This document shows, piece after piece, positions 1 to 9,637 of a stretch of 64,000 nucleotides of DNA. The notes beneath the pieces were generated by a model. It saw nothing but the letters and a program-made list of their open reading frames with translations, was not told where the DNA came from and made no database searches. Within the stretch, counting starts at the first letter, position 1. Each line of letters starts with the position of its first letter. Origin of the DNA: a bacterium (lineage in GTDB: Bacteria; Bacillota; Clostridia; Oscillospirales; Oscillospiraceae); the NCBI GenBank assembly GCA_963618015.1, contig CAVEQS010000009.1, positions 419-64,418 on the forward strand, in the 5' to 3' direction. A program made the position numbers and the translations under genes.

Positions 1-1
1 C

Positions 2-1147
2 TGTGCGGACGCCGTCTCGGACATCGCCGCGGGATATGCCGCGCTTGTCTTCGACGGTGAGCACACCGCCCTCACCTTTGAGGTCAAAACCGGGGACAAG
101 CGCGGCGTGGATGCGCCGACGGTCGAAAAGAGCGTGCTCGGCGCGAAGGACGCCTTCGTGGAGTCTGTGCGCGTGAACACCGCGCTCCTCCGCCGCCGCG
201 TCGGGAAGCCGTCGCTCAAGCTCTGGGAGACGATGGTGGGCTCCAAGACGAAAACAAAGGTGGATATATTATATATAGAAGGTGTTGCCCCGGCAGAGCA
301 CGTCGAGCGTGTCAAGGCGCGCCTTTCGCTGCCCGATATTCCGGCGGTGCTCGCTGCCGGGGACGTGGAGCAATATCTCGCTCCGCCGCCGCGCGGCGTA
401 TTCCCGCAGGTGATCCACACCGAGCGCCCCGACCGGTTTGTGCTCGGTCTCGCGCGCGGGAAGATCGGCGTGCTCTGCGACGGGCTGCCCATCGGCTTTC
501 TCCTCCCGGCCACGCTGCCGGACATGCTGCGCGTGCAGGAGGACCGGGCGCGCCACGCCGCCGTTGCCACGGCGCTCGTGCTGCTGCGCTATCTTGCGCT
601 CTTCCTCTCGCTCGTGCTCCCGGCGCTGTACGTGGCGATCGCGATGTACCATCAGGAGATGATACCATATAAATTATTGCAGAGCGTCATCGACTCCAAG
701 CAGTCGGTGCCGTTCTCCACGGCGGCGGAAACGCTCGGAATGCTGCTCTCGTTCGAGCTCTTGCAGGAGGCGGGCATCCGTCTCCCCGACCCGGTCGGGC
801 AGACGGTCTCGGTCATCGGGGCGCTGATCGTCGGGCAGAGCGCGGTGGAGGCGAAGGTTTTGAGTCCGATTGTTATTATAGTAGTAGCCATGGCGGGCAT
901 CGCGGGCTACGCCCAGCCGAGCCAGGAGCTCGGCGCGGCGATCCGGCTGTGGCGCGTCGCGCTCGTGATCGGTGCGGTAGTGCTCGGGCTCTACGGCGTA
1001 ATGGCCGGGCTGATGCTCCTTTTGTGGCGGCTGTGCGATATGGAAAATCTCGGCGTGAGCTATCTCTCGCCGCTCACCGATTCCCGCCCCGGCGCTCTGC
1101 GGCGCGCCCTTCTCCGGCCGCCGCTCCGAAAGGAGGATCGGAAATGA
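2..1147 (+). CDS. Spore germination protein, GerA/GerKA (A-subunit) family; 5' end cut by window edge
   Basis: The frame is open from nt 2; the track ORF 107..1147 starts at an internal GTG. A soluble region is followed by a C-terminal block of hydrophobic helices. The stop overlaps the next start (ATGA) in an A-C-B germinant receptor operon. Confidence 0.85.
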   Translation, partial: CADAVSDIAAGYAALVFDGEHTALTFEVKTGDKRGVDAPTVEKSVLGAKDAFVESVRVNTALLRRRVGKPSLKLWETMVGSKTKTKVDILYIEGVAPAEHVERVKARLSLPDIPAVLAAGDVEQYLAPPPRGVFPQVIHTERPDRFVLGLARGKIGVLCDGLPIGFLLPATLPDMLRVQEDRARHAAVATALVLLRYLALFLSLVLPALYVAIAMYHQEMIPYKLLQSVIDSKQSVPFSTAAETLGMLLSFELLQEAGIRLPDPVGQTVSVIGALIVGQSAVEAKVLSPIVIIVVAMAGIAGYAQPSQELGAAIRLWRVALVIGAVVLGLYGVMAGLMLLLWRLCDMENLGVSYLSPLTDSRPGALRRALLRPPLRKEDRK

Positions 1148-2271
1148 AAAGCCTTTCCCGGCTCGGCGCGGCTCTTGCCGCGCTCGCGCTGCTTTCGGGC
1201 TGCTCGGCGCTGCCGCACCCGCGGCAGGTGGAGGACCTGCAGCTCATCCAGACGATCGGATTTGACGGCGGCGTCGGGGATATGACGGTCTCCGTTTCCT
1301 CGGGCGCAGCGAGCGAGGACGCCGTATCCGCGCAGCTCGCCGCGCATGGCGCGAGCATCCAGACCGCCGTGCAGCGCCTGCAGGACTTCTCGCCGCGGGA
1401 GGAGCTCTTTTTCGGGCACATCCGGTACGCCGCCGTGGGCGAGGACTGTGCCCGCGGCGGCATCGTGCCGGTGCTCGACTATTTTGAGCGCGGCACGCAG
1501 ACACAGCTGAGCGTTCCGCTCTTCGTCGTGAAGGGCGAGAGCGCCTATACGCTCATCGCTGAAAACGGCGGCGAGAGCGAGATCACCGCGGCGCTCTCCT
1601 CGCTCGAGGCGGACACCGAGCGGCAGGGCAGCGCGCATTGCTTCACGGTGCTGGAGATCGCCTCGCGGCTCAACCGCAGCGGCGCGGCGCTCGCCTGCGC
1701 GATCGACCCGGCTGCGCCGGAGGGGAGCGTTCCCGCCGCGGAGGACGGCACGACGCTCGCGCTGGAAGCCGGGTACGCCGTTTTTCGCGGCGAGGCGCTC
1801 TGCGGCTTTCTCGATACAGACGCCGCGCTCGGCGCGGATCTGCTGCTCGGGTTCGCACCGCAGGCGAGCTACGTTCTCTCCGACGGAGACGGCGGCACCG
1901 TGACCGTCCAGCTCCACACGGCAAAGGCCTCCCTCTCCCCTGTCCGGGACGAGGAAGGGGCAGCGCTCCAAATCGCGGTGCGCGTCCGCGCGGGGGTAAC
2001 GGAATCCTCCGGCGCAGACACCGCGGACGCCGAAGTGCTCGCACGGCTGGAAGAAGAGCTCTCCCGCGCCGTCACGGCGCAGATCAAAGCGGCGGTAGAG
2101 GCGTCACGGACGCTGGACGCCGACTTTCTGGAGCTCTGGCGCGTGCTGCCGGAGGTAAAGGACGAGGACGCTCTCGCCTCGCTGCGCACGGCCGTGCGCA
2201 CGGAGAGCGTGCTCGAGCGCTCCTACGATATTTACGGCAGCGCCCACGGGGAGGAGAGATCGCATGGATGA
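1144..2271 (+). CDS. Ger(x)C-family germination lipoprotein
   Basis: ATG at 1144 gives MKSLSRLGAALAALALLSGC (signal peptide plus lipobox). The upstream 65 codons of track ORF 949..2271 overlap the A-subunit gene and look non-coding. Coupled to both neighbouring genes. Confidence 0.8.
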   Translation: MKSLSRLGAALAALALLSGCSALPHPRQVEDLQLIQTIGFDGGVGDMTVSVSSGAASEDAVSAQLAAHGASIQTAVQRLQDFSPREELFFGHIRYAAVGEDCARGGIVPVLDYFERGTQTQLSVPLFVVKGESAYTLIAENGGESEITAALSSLEADTERQGSAHCFTVLEIASRLNRSGAALACAIDPAAPEGSVPAAEDGTTLALEAGYAVFRGEALCGFLDTDAALGADLLLGFAPQASYVLSDGDGGTVTVQLHTAKASLSPVRDEEGAALQIAVRVRAGVTESSGADTADAEVLARLEEELSRAVTAQIKAAVEASRTLDADFLELWRVLPEVKDEDALASLRTAVRTESVLERSYDIYGSAHGEERSHG

Positions 2272-3355
2272 GCGCACGGACGGCATATCCCGCCGTCAGC
2301 TTTCGATATTGCTTTTTGTTTCGGCGCTCTCGCCGCTCATCCGGCAGACGCCGGGCATGGCGGTGCGAAGCGCCGGGGGCGCGGTGTGGCTCTCGGCGCT
2401 GCTCGCGCTCGTGCCGCTGCCGCTCGCAGGGCTCCTGCTCGGGCGTCTGACGCGAAAGCGGCTCCCCGGCGAAGGGCTCGGCGGCGCGCTGCTGCGTATA
2501 TTCGGGCGCTTCGGCGGCACGGTGGCCGTGCTGTTTTATACGGGCTGGACGGTGTTCTATGCCGGGTTCGTGCTGCGCGCCGGGGCCGACCGGTTCGTGA
2601 CGGCGGTATATCCGGGAAGCCGCCCATGGCTTTTTATGGCGGTGATGGCGGCGCTGTGTGTTCCGGCGTGTCTCGGGCGACTCAAAACGCTGGGGCGCTG
2701 CGCGGAGATCGCGCTGCCGCTGCTCGCGCTCGTATTTCTTTTCGTGTTTCTCTTCTGCCTTCCGGGGCTGGACACGGCAAATCTCGCGCCGCTGTCGCGG
2801 GAAACCGTCATGGATGCCGCGCGCGGCACGCCGTGGCTTCTAAGCACGATGAGCGTCCTGTTGCTGCTCGCTTTTCTCTCCGACCGGACGGAGCCGGGGC
2901 CGCTTGCCGCGTCCTTCAACCGGGCGCTGCTCGCGCTTGGCGCGCTCGCGGCGCTTTTATGCGTCACGGTCGTCGGCACGTTCGGCGCATCGCTCACCGC
3001 CGAGATGCACTATCCGTTTTTCGTCATGATCCGGTGCATCCGCATTTTCCGGCTGCTGGAGCGCGTGGAGGCGCTCGTCGTGGCGCAATGGGTCGTGACG
3101 GACTTTCTGCTGCTCGGCGCGCTGCTCCAATCGGCCACCGGCAATCTCACTCTGTGCTTCCCGAAGCTCGGCCGGCGGCGCGGTGTTGTGGCTCTCTCGT
3201 GTCTCGCGCTCGCGTGTGTGGCCGGGGCGCTCTGCGCGCCGACGGCTTTCTCGCTGCGGGAACTCTCGCGCACGCTCGTCCCCATCGCCAGCGCCTCCGC
3301 CGCCGGCGTGCTCGTGCTCGCGTTCGTTGTCGGGCTGATAAGGAAAAAAATTTAG
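2264..3355 (+). CDS. Ger(x)B-family germination permease (APC-like polytopic membrane protein)
   Basis: 363 aa with about 10 hydrophobic segments. The N-terminal ISRRQLSILLFVSALSPLIRQTPG is typical of GerxB. Overlaps the gerxC stop. Confidence 0.8.
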   Translation: MDERTDGISRRQLSILLFVSALSPLIRQTPGMAVRSAGGAVWLSALLALVPLPLAGLLLGRLTRKRLPGEGLGGALLRIFGRFGGTVAVLFYTGWTVFYAGFVLRAGADRFVTAVYPGSRPWLFMAVMAALCVPACLGRLKTLGRCAEIALPLLALVFLFVFLFCLPGLDTANLAPLSRETVMDAARGTPWLLSTMSVLLLLAFLSDRTEPGPLAASFNRALLALGALAALLCVTVVGTFGASLTAEMHYPFFVMIRCIRIFRLLERVEALVVAQWVVTDFLLLGALLQSATGNLTLCFPKLGRRRGVVALSCLALACVAGALCAPTAFSLRELSRTLVPIASASAAGVLVLAFVVGLIRKKI

Positions 3356-3370
3356 ACTTACCGATGGGAG

Positions 3371-3496
3371 AAACCCCTCCGTCAAAACCTCCGGTTTTGC
3401 CACCTCCCCTATCGAGGGAGGCAAGTTTGTTATACACAAACTTACTTGGCTCCCCTATTAGGGGAGCTGGCAGCCGAAGGCTGACTGAGGGGTTTT
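3371..3496. repeat. Modular palindromic repeat cluster R1: B1> spacer <A1 (type-1 composite, ~126 bp)
   Basis: AAACCCCTCCGTC + hairpin (AAAACC/GGTTTT) + CCACC + hairpin (CTCCCCT/AGGGAGG) + CAAG, then a 21-nt spacer, then the inverted A module ending GACTGAGGGGTTTT. The termini form an imperfect inverted repeat. Confidence 0.85.
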
Positions 3497-3598
3497 CTTC
3501 TGTTCTTTTTACATTTTACGCCGATTTTACACGATCGGGGTTTCCCTCTTTACATTTTATATAGTATGATAGGCTCGATAATGAGAGGGGGCGTCCTT

Positions 3599-4270
3599 AT
3601 GATATATTGTGTGGAAGACGACGCCAGCATCCGCGAGCTGGTGCTCTATACGCTGCGCGCGTCCGGCTTTGAGGCGCGGGGCTTTGCCGAAAGCGGCGCA
3701 TTCTGGGAGGCCATGCGCGAGCATGTGCCGGATATCGTGCTGCTTGACATCATGCTTCCCGGCGAGGACGGTCTCGAAATACTGAAAAAGCTGCGCTCCT
3801 CCCCGCTCACGGCGCAGCTCCCCGTCATACTCGCCACCGCCCGCGGCAGCGAGTATGACAAGGTCGTCGGGCTGGATACCGGTGCGGACGACTATCTTGC
3901 CAAGCCCTTCGGCATGATGGAAATGGTATCGCGCATCCGCGCGGTGCTGCGCCGCACGGCGCGCCAGCCGTCCGGCGTGCTCTCCTGCGGCGGCGTCACG
4001 CTCGACGAGGGCCGCCACGCCGTCACAGTGAACGACCGTCCCGTCTCGCTCACGCTCAAGGAATACGAGCTTTTGAAGCTCTTTCTCGAAAACATCGGGC
4101 AGGTGTTCTCGCGCGAAGCGCTGCTCTCGCGCGTGTGGGATGCCGATTACGCCGGGGAGACGCGCACCGTAGACGTGCACGTCGGCACGCTGCGCACAAA
4201 GCTCGCCGAATGCGGCAGTCTCATCGAAACGGTGCGCGGCGTCGGCTATAAAATGGAGGGCGCGAAATGA
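3599..4270 (+). CDS. OmpR/PhoB-family response regulator
   Basis: Receiver domain (VEDD, IVLLDIMLPGEDG, LAKPF) plus winged-helix output (TRTVDVHVGTLRTKL, GVGYK). Start moved to ATG 3599 behind a GAGAGGGGG RBS. Confidence 0.9.
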   Translation: MIYCVEDDASIRELVLYTLRASGFEARGFAESGAFWEAMREHVPDIVLLDIMLPGEDGLEILKKLRSSPLTAQLPVILATARGSEYDKVVGLDTGADDYLAKPFGMMEMVSRIRAVLRRTARQPSGVLSCGGVTLDEGRHAVTVNDRPVSLTLKEYELLKLFLENIGQVFSREALLSRVWDADYAGETRTVDVHVGTLRTKLAECGSLIETVRGVGYKMEGAK

Positions 4271-5610
4271 GCCGGAAGATCTTCACCGCCATCTGGGGCG
4301 CGGCGCTCGCGGTGTTCGTTGCGTCGCTCGTCTTCATCATGGGCGTATCCTATAACTACTTTACCGGCGTGCAGATGAAGCAGCTGCACGCGGAAACGGC
4401 GCTCGCCGCGCAGGGCGTGGCGCTCAGCGGCAAGGACTACTTTACCGGTCTTTCGACCGGCGACTACCGTGTCACCTGGATCGACGCGGACGGCACGGTG
4501 CTCTTCGATACCGAAGCGGACGCCTCCCGCATGGAAAATCACCTCGAGCGTGAAGAGATCCAGCAGGCGCTCCAGACCGGCACGGGCGAAGCGCGCCGGT
4601 ATTCCCCCACGCTCGCCGACCGCCAGCTTTATGCCGCGCAGCGGCTCCCGGACGGGACGGTGCTCCGTCTCTCGGTCGTGCAGCTCGCGCTCTGGTCGCT
4701 CGTGCTCGGCTTTGCCCAGCCGATCTGCCTCGTGGCGCTGCTCGCGCTCGCGCTCTCGTTCTTCCTTGCCTCGCGGCTCACAAAAAAGATCGTCGCGCCC
4801 ATCAATGCCATTGACCCGGACAACCCGATGCAGTATTATGAAAGAGACGAGTACCGCGAGGTTGAGCCGCTTCTGCGGCGCATCGCCGCGCAGCAGGCGC
4901 AGCTCCGGCGCGACCGCGCCGAGATCGAGCGCGCCTCGCTCATCCGGCAGGAATTCACCGCGAACGTCTCCCATGAGCTGAAAACGCCGCTGCACGCCAT
5001 CTCCGGATATGCCGAGCTCCTGGAAAATGGGCTCGCGAGACCGGAGGACGTGAAGCCCTTCGCCGGAAAGATCCGCGCCGAGTCCGGCCGCATGACGAAG
5101 CTCGTCGAGGACATCATCGATCTCACCCGTCTCGACGCGGGCGGCGAGGACTACGTGTTCGAGTCCTGCGACCTTCTCCGCATCGCGGAAAACGCTGTGG
5201 ACAGCTTGGAGACCGAGGCCTCCGGCGCCAATGTGACGCTCTCGCTCAAGGGCGTGAGCGCACCCATGCAGGGCGTGCCGCAGCTTCTCCACAGCATCGT
5301 CTATAATCTCTGCGACAATGCCATCAAATATAACCGCCCCGGCGGGCGCGTCGATATCACCGTCACGCCGGAGGACGGCGCTGTCGTCCTCACGGTGAGC
5401 GATACCGGCGTCGGCATCCCGAAGGACAGCCAGAGCCGCATTTTTGAGCGATTTTACCGCGTGGACAAGAGCCGCTCCAAGGCCGTCGGCGGCACAGGGC
5501 TCGGCCTCTCCATCGTGAAGCACGCCGCGCTCATCCAGAAGGCGGACGTGCGCGTCGAAAGCGAGCCGGGCGAAGGCTCCACGTTTACCGTGACGTTCCC
5601 GGTACAATAA
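4267..5610 (+). CDS. Sensor histidine kinase (two N-terminal TM segments, HisKA + HATPase_c)
   Basis: H-box FTANVSHELKTPL and N/G boxes CDNAIKYN, DTGVGIP, GGTGLGLSIV. ATGA overlap with the regulator. Confidence 0.9.
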   Translation: MSRKIFTAIWGAALAVFVASLVFIMGVSYNYFTGVQMKQLHAETALAAQGVALSGKDYFTGLSTGDYRVTWIDADGTVLFDTEADASRMENHLEREEIQQALQTGTGEARRYSPTLADRQLYAAQRLPDGTVLRLSVVQLALWSLVLGFAQPICLVALLALALSFFLASRLTKKIVAPINAIDPDNPMQYYERDEYREVEPLLRRIAAQQAQLRRDRAEIERASLIRQEFTANVSHELKTPLHAISGYAELLENGLARPEDVKPFAGKIRAESGRMTKLVEDIIDLTRLDAGGEDYVFESCDLLRIAENAVDSLETEASGANVTLSLKGVSAPMQGVPQLLHSIVYNLCDNAIKYNRPGGRVDITVTPEDGAVVLTVSDTGVGIPKDSQSRIFERFYRVDKSRSKAVGGTGLGLSIVKHAALIQKADVRVESEPGEGSTFTVTFPVQ

Positions 5611-5624
5611 CATATCCCGCCCGA

Positions 5625-5646
5625 AGCCCGCTCACCGCGGGTTTTC
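5625..5646 (+). terminator. Possible intrinsic terminator after the kinase gene
   Basis: GCCCGC-tcac-CGCGGG hairpin followed by TTTT. Confidence 0.45.
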
Positions 5647-5680
5647 GGCGTATTCAGATTGAATTATAAGGAGGAATAGT

Positions 5681-6478
5681 ATGCTGAATTTTAACGAGAA
5701 AAAAGGCTTTATCTGCGATATGGACGGCGTGATCTATCACGGCAACAAAATTCTCCCCGGCGTGACGGAGTTTATCGACTGGCTCCAGCGCACGGGCAAG
5801 GAATATCTCTTTCTTACAAACAACAGCGGCTGCACGCCGCTCGAGCTCAAGCAGAAGCTCGCCCGCATGGGGCTGGACGTGCCGGAGGCGCGGTTTTATA
5901 CGAGCGCGCTCGCAACGGCAGCCTTCATCCGCGACCAGTCGCCGGGCTGCTCGGCCTATGTGATCGGCGAGGCGGGGCTTTTGAATGCTCTTTATGACGC
6001 GGGCATCACCATGAACGACGTGAATCCCGACTATGTGATCGTCGGCGAGGGACGAAACTACTCGCTCGATTCCCTCACGAAGGCGACGAATCTCGTGCTC
6101 GCGGGCGCCAAGCTCATCGGCGCGAACTCCGATCTCTCCGGCCCCATCGAAAACGGCATCGCCCCGGCGTGCCGCGCGCTCATCGCGCCCATCGAGATGG
6201 CCACCGGCAAGCAGGCGTACTTCTGCGGCAAGCCGAACCCGCTCATGATGCGCACCGGGCTCAAGCGTCTCGGCTGCCACAGCGCCGAGGCCGTCATGGT
6301 CGGCGACCGGATGGACACGGACGTCATCTCCGGCATGGAGTGCGGCATGTCCACGGTGCTCGTCCTCTCCGGCATCTCCACGGAGGCGACGCTCGACGAA
6401 TACGCCTACCGCCCCAGCGCGGTGCTCGACGGCGTCGGCGACATCGTCACCCTGGCCGAGGCCCAGCACGCGGAATAA
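5681..6478 (+). CDS. HAD-IIA (NagD-like) sugar-phosphate phosphatase family protein
   Basis: Motif I DMDGVIYHG, motif II LTNNS and motif IV GDRMDTD; 265 aa. Confidence 0.85.
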   Translation: MLNFNEKKGFICDMDGVIYHGNKILPGVTEFIDWLQRTGKEYLFLTNNSGCTPLELKQKLARMGLDVPEARFYTSALATAAFIRDQSPGCSAYVIGEAGLLNALYDAGITMNDVNPDYVIVGEGRNYSLDSLTKATNLVLAGAKLIGANSDLSGPIENGIAPACRALIAPIEMATGKQAYFCGKPNPLMMRTGLKRLGCHSAEAVMVGDRMDTDVISGMECGMSTVLVLSGISTEATLDEYAYRPSAVLDGVGDIVTLAEAQHAE

Positions 6479-6482
6479 AAGA

Positions 6483-6519
6483 ATACCGCTTGCGTGTCGC
6501 GGTATAATTGTGGTATAAT
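6483..6519 (+). promoter_or_regulatory. Putative TA-operon promoter with overlapping operator palindrome
   Basis: ATACCGC-n9-GCGGTAT inverted repeat (6483..6505) overlaps TTGCGT (-35-like) and two TATAAT hexamers (6503..6508, 6514..6519), just upstream of the antitoxin RBS AAAGGAG. Confidence 0.4.
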
Positions 6520-6544
6520 AATCCCACGAAAGGAGCTGACCCTT

Positions 6545-6805
6545 ATGCCGCGCATTATTCCGATCCGTGATCTCAAAGACACCGCCGCTATCTCCCAGAT
6601 GTGCAGCGAATCTCCCGAGCCGATCTACATCACCAAAAACGGCTATGGCGATATGGTCATCATGAGCATGCAGGCCTACGAGGAAAAGATGCTGCTGCTG
6701 GACGCTTACGAAAAGCTTTCCGCCGCGGAAGAGGAAGTGAAGTCCGGAAAGGTAACCGACGGCCGCGCTGCGCTGAAAGAGCTGAGGGCAAAGCATGGGC
6801 TATAA
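6545..6805 (+). CDS. Type II antitoxin, Phd/YefM-like
   Basis: MPRIIPIRDLKDTAAIS...PIYITKNGYGDMVIMSMQAYEE is the Phd/YefM N-terminal pattern. 86 aa, overlapping the toxin gene by 11 nt. Confidence 0.8.
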   Translation: MPRIIPIRDLKDTAAISQMCSESPEPIYITKNGYGDMVIMSMQAYEEKMLLLDAYEKLSAAEEEVKSGKVTDGRAALKELRAKHGL

Positions 6806-7106
6806 GGTTGCCCTTACGGAGCTCGCCGCCAGGGATCTTGATTCCATCACGGAATACATTGCCGAAAGGCTCTCCAATCCAACGGCCGCCGCCGCGTTTC
6901 TGGACGCTGTAGACGAGTGCTTCGGAGATCTGGAGACGATGCCGCCGATGTTTGCGCGCTGCCGCGATGCGCGGCTGCGCTCCATGGGTTACCGGCGCGC
7001 CGTCATAAAAAACTACGTAATGATCTACCGCGTGGCGGAGTCGAAGAAAACGGTATACATTCTCCGCTTCTTTTACGGCGCGCGAGACTATGAAAAACTG
7101 CTTTGA
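6795..7106 (+). CDS. Type II toxin, RelE/ParE family
   Basis: 103 aa. LTELAARDLDSITEYI N-terminus and VYILRFFYGARDYEKLL C-terminus, typical of ParE-type toxins. Translationally coupled to the antitoxin. Confidence 0.8.
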   Translation: MGYKVALTELAARDLDSITEYIAERLSNPTAAAAFLDAVDECFGDLETMPPMFARCRDARLRSMGYRRAVIKNYVMIYRVAESKKTVYILRFFYGARDYEKLL

Positions 7107-7119
7107 CATACAAAAATAC

Positions 7120-7147
7120 GCCTCCCCTTCGGGGAGGCATTTTCTTC
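7120..7147 (+). terminator. Intrinsic terminator after the TA pair
   Basis: GCCTCCCC-ttc-GGGGAGGC followed by ATTTTCTTC. Confidence 0.7.
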
Positions 7148-7207
7148 TTAACCTTTTAAGACTTTTCTTAATGTTTTCCGATACACTACGCTCCGAGGTG
7201 AACTGTC

Positions 7208-7879
7208 ATGCGAATTCTTGTGGCGGAGGATGAAAGAAATCTCAACCGCATTTTGACCGAGGCGCTGACCGACGAAGGGTACAGCGTCGATCCCTGCTTT
7301 GACGGGCAGGAGGCGTGGGACGCGCTCGCATGCGCGGAATACGACGTGCTCGTGCTCGATATCATGATGCCCCGCATGGACGGACTGACGCTCGTGCGGA
7401 AGCTGCGCGAGAGCGGCAGCACGACGCCCGTGCTGTTCCTCACATCCCGCGACAGCGTAGAGGACAAGGTCGAGGGGCTGGAAACGGGCGCGGATTACTA
7501 TCTCGTAAAGCCGTTCCACATGCAGGAGCTGCTCGCGGTGGTGCGCGTAATGGCGCGCAAATATACCGACACGCGCACGAACGTTTATACCATCGCCGAC
7601 CTCTCCGTGGACGTGAGCGCGCACACGGTCGTCCGCGCCGGGCGCGTCATTGAGCTGACGAGCCGCGAATACGCCCTGCTTGAATACATGATCCGGAATA
7701 AGGGCGTTGTGCTCTCGCGCGAGCGCATCGAAAACAATCTCTGGAACTACGATTACGAGGGCGGCACGAACGTTGTGGACGTGTACGTCGGGTATCTGCG
7801 CAAAAAGATCGACGCCGGGTTTTCCAAAAAACTCATCCATACCGTGTGGGGCACGGGCTGGGTGCTGCGGGAGGATTGA
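7208..7879 (+). CDS. OmpR-family response regulator
   Basis: MRILVAEDE, VLVLDIMMPRMDG and VKPF receiver motifs plus a winged-helix C-terminus. Confidence 0.9.
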   Translation: MRILVAEDERNLNRILTEALTDEGYSVDPCFDGQEAWDALACAEYDVLVLDIMMPRMDGLTLVRKLRESGSTTPVLFLTSRDSVEDKVEGLETGADYYLVKPFHMQELLAVVRVMARKYTDTRTNVYTIADLSVDVSAHTVVRAGRVIELTSREYALLEYMIRNKGVVLSRERIENNLWNYDYEGGTNVVDVYVGYLRKKIDAGFSKKLIHTVWGTGWVLRED

Positions 7880-7881
7880 AT

Positions 7882-9219
7882 ATGTCGGCAAAATGGCGGA
7901 TGGTGCTCTGGTTCACGCTGATGATGCTCCTGCTCGCGGGCGTCACGCTCACGTTCGTGCTGGTGATGAACGGCTCGGTGATCGCGAACCCGACGTCGCA
8001 GGTCGTCAAGGAGGTCTCCAAGCGCGCCGACAAGGTCGAATTTGATAACGGCACGTTCGACTGGGACGACATGAAGGAGTATAAACACGGGGTGTACTGC
8101 ACCTATTACGACGCCGGGGGGACGTATCTCCGCGGCGCCGCGCCGTTTGCGGAGACGGTCGAGCTGCCGCTTCAAACGGGCGCGGTGCGCCCCTATTCCG
8201 CCGATGGGAAAGACTGGCTCGTATACGATTCCTACGTCGATATGACGATCACGGGGCTCTGGGTGCGCGGCATCATCTCTGCAGACGCCGCGGCGGGGCC
8301 GGGGCGCGTTATCCTGCCGCTTACCTGGTCGCTGCTGCCGGTTTTGCTGCTGCTCTCGATCGGCGGCGGCTGGCTCATCGCGCGCGACTCGTTCCTGCCG
8401 CTCGAGCGCATCACCGAAGCCGCGGGCAACATCTCTGACGGCGACGATCTCTCCGCCCGGCTCAATCTCCGGCGCGGCCCGCGGGAGATGCGGCGGCTCG
8501 CCCGCACGTTTGACGGCATGTTCGCGCGGCTGGAAACCTCGTTCCTCTCCAAAAAGCAGTTCACGGCCGACGCCTCGCACGAGCTGCGCACGCCCGTGGC
8601 GGTGATCCTCGCCGAGTGCGACCGCGCCAAGCGCAAGGCGGAGACAAAGGAGGACTTTCTCGCCTCCATCGGCGTCATCGAGCAGCAGGGCAACAAGATG
8701 AACGCTCTCATCGAGCAGCTCCTCTCGCTCACGCGCATCCAGCAGGGCACGGAGAAATACCCGCTGCGCGTGTGCGATCTCTCCGGCTTTGTGGACGCCT
8801 GCTGCGACGAGTTCGTCCCCGCAGATGAGCGCGGCATCACGCTTACGACCGACATCGCACCGGATATTGAGGCCGCGTACAACCCCTCGCTCCTCTCGCG
8901 GGCGATGTTCAACCTGATGCAGAACGCCTATAAATACGGCGCGGAAAACGGCCACATCCGCGTTTCGCTCTATCGCGAGAACGGCTGCGCCGTGATCTCC
9001 GTAAAGGACGACGGCCCCGGCATCCCCAAGGCGGAGCAGGAAAAGATCTGGCAGCGGTTTTACCGGTGCGACGCCTCGCGTACCGAAGGCGGCACGGGAC
9101 TCGGCCTCTCGCTCGTGCGGGAGATCGCGCTGCTGCACCGCGCCCGCGCCGAGGTCATCAGCGAGCCCGGACAGGGCAGCGATTTCCGCATCGTTCTCCC
9201 GCCGGTCAAAAATTCGTAA
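7882..9219 (+). CDS. Sensor histidine kinase (TM-extracellular-TM-HAMP-HisKA-HATPase)
   Basis: H-box FTADASHELRTPV; QNAYKYG, DDGPGIP, GGTGLGLSLV. Start moved to ATG 7882 (MSAKWRMVLWF...), 2 nt after the regulator stop. Confidence 0.9.
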   Translation: MSAKWRMVLWFTLMMLLLAGVTLTFVLVMNGSVIANPTSQVVKEVSKRADKVEFDNGTFDWDDMKEYKHGVYCTYYDAGGTYLRGAAPFAETVELPLQTGAVRPYSADGKDWLVYDSYVDMTITGLWVRGIISADAAAGPGRVILPLTWSLLPVLLLLSIGGGWLIARDSFLPLERITEAAGNISDGDDLSARLNLRRGPREMRRLARTFDGMFARLETSFLSKKQFTADASHELRTPVAVILAECDRAKRKAETKEDFLASIGVIEQQGNKMNALIEQLLSLTRIQQGTEKYPLRVCDLSGFVDACCDEFVPADERGITLTTDIAPDIEAAYNPSLLSRAMFNLMQNAYKYGAENGHIRVSLYRENGCAVISVKDDGPGIPKAEQEKIWQRFYRCDASRTEGGTGLGLSLVREIALLHRARAEVISEPGQGSDFRIVLPPVKNS

Positions 9220-9345
9220 TAAAAAGTTTTTTTCAATTTTTCTTTCTTTTAATATTTCTCTTAGATTTCCTGTGTAAACTACAGCCAAGATGAAAAAAGC
9301 CCCGGTCCCAGAGACAAGGGAGTATTTACAAAGGAGATCTTACTT

Positions 9346-9573
9346 ATGAAGAACAACATTTTTGAACTGAATCTTACCGCCGCCGTCGCCCTGAGCGAGG
9401 CCGCCCGCAGCGCGGGTGTGAAAACCACCGAGATCACCGACGAGGAGATCACGCTCGATAACGGCTACTACGAAGTGCGCTTCACCAGCAACTGGCTGCA
9501 GTACGACTGCTACGTGGACGCCGCCACCGGCGAGGTCCCGGGCATCACTACCATGCCCCTCCCCGCGGCCTGA
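9346..9573 (+). CDS. Small PepSY-like domain protein
   Basis: 75 aa. The YYEVRF...YDCYVDAATGEV pattern resembles a PepSY fold. Good RBS (AAAGGAGA), directly downstream of the two-component pair. Confidence 0.5.
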   Translation: MKNNIFELNLTAAVALSEAARSAGVKTTEITDEEITLDNGYYEVRFTSNWLQYDCYVDAATGEVPGITTMPLPAA

Positions 9574-9591
9574 TCGATCCGGAACATGCAA

Positions 9592-9626
9592 AACCGGCGC
9601 CTCTCGTTTTTCGAGAGGCGCCGGTT
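9592..9626 (+). terminator. GC-rich hairpin after the PepSY gene (terminator-like, weak T tail)
   Basis: AACCGGCGCCTCTCG-ttttt-CGAGAGGCGCCGGTT. Confidence 0.5.
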
Positions 9627-9637
9627 GTTACTTTATA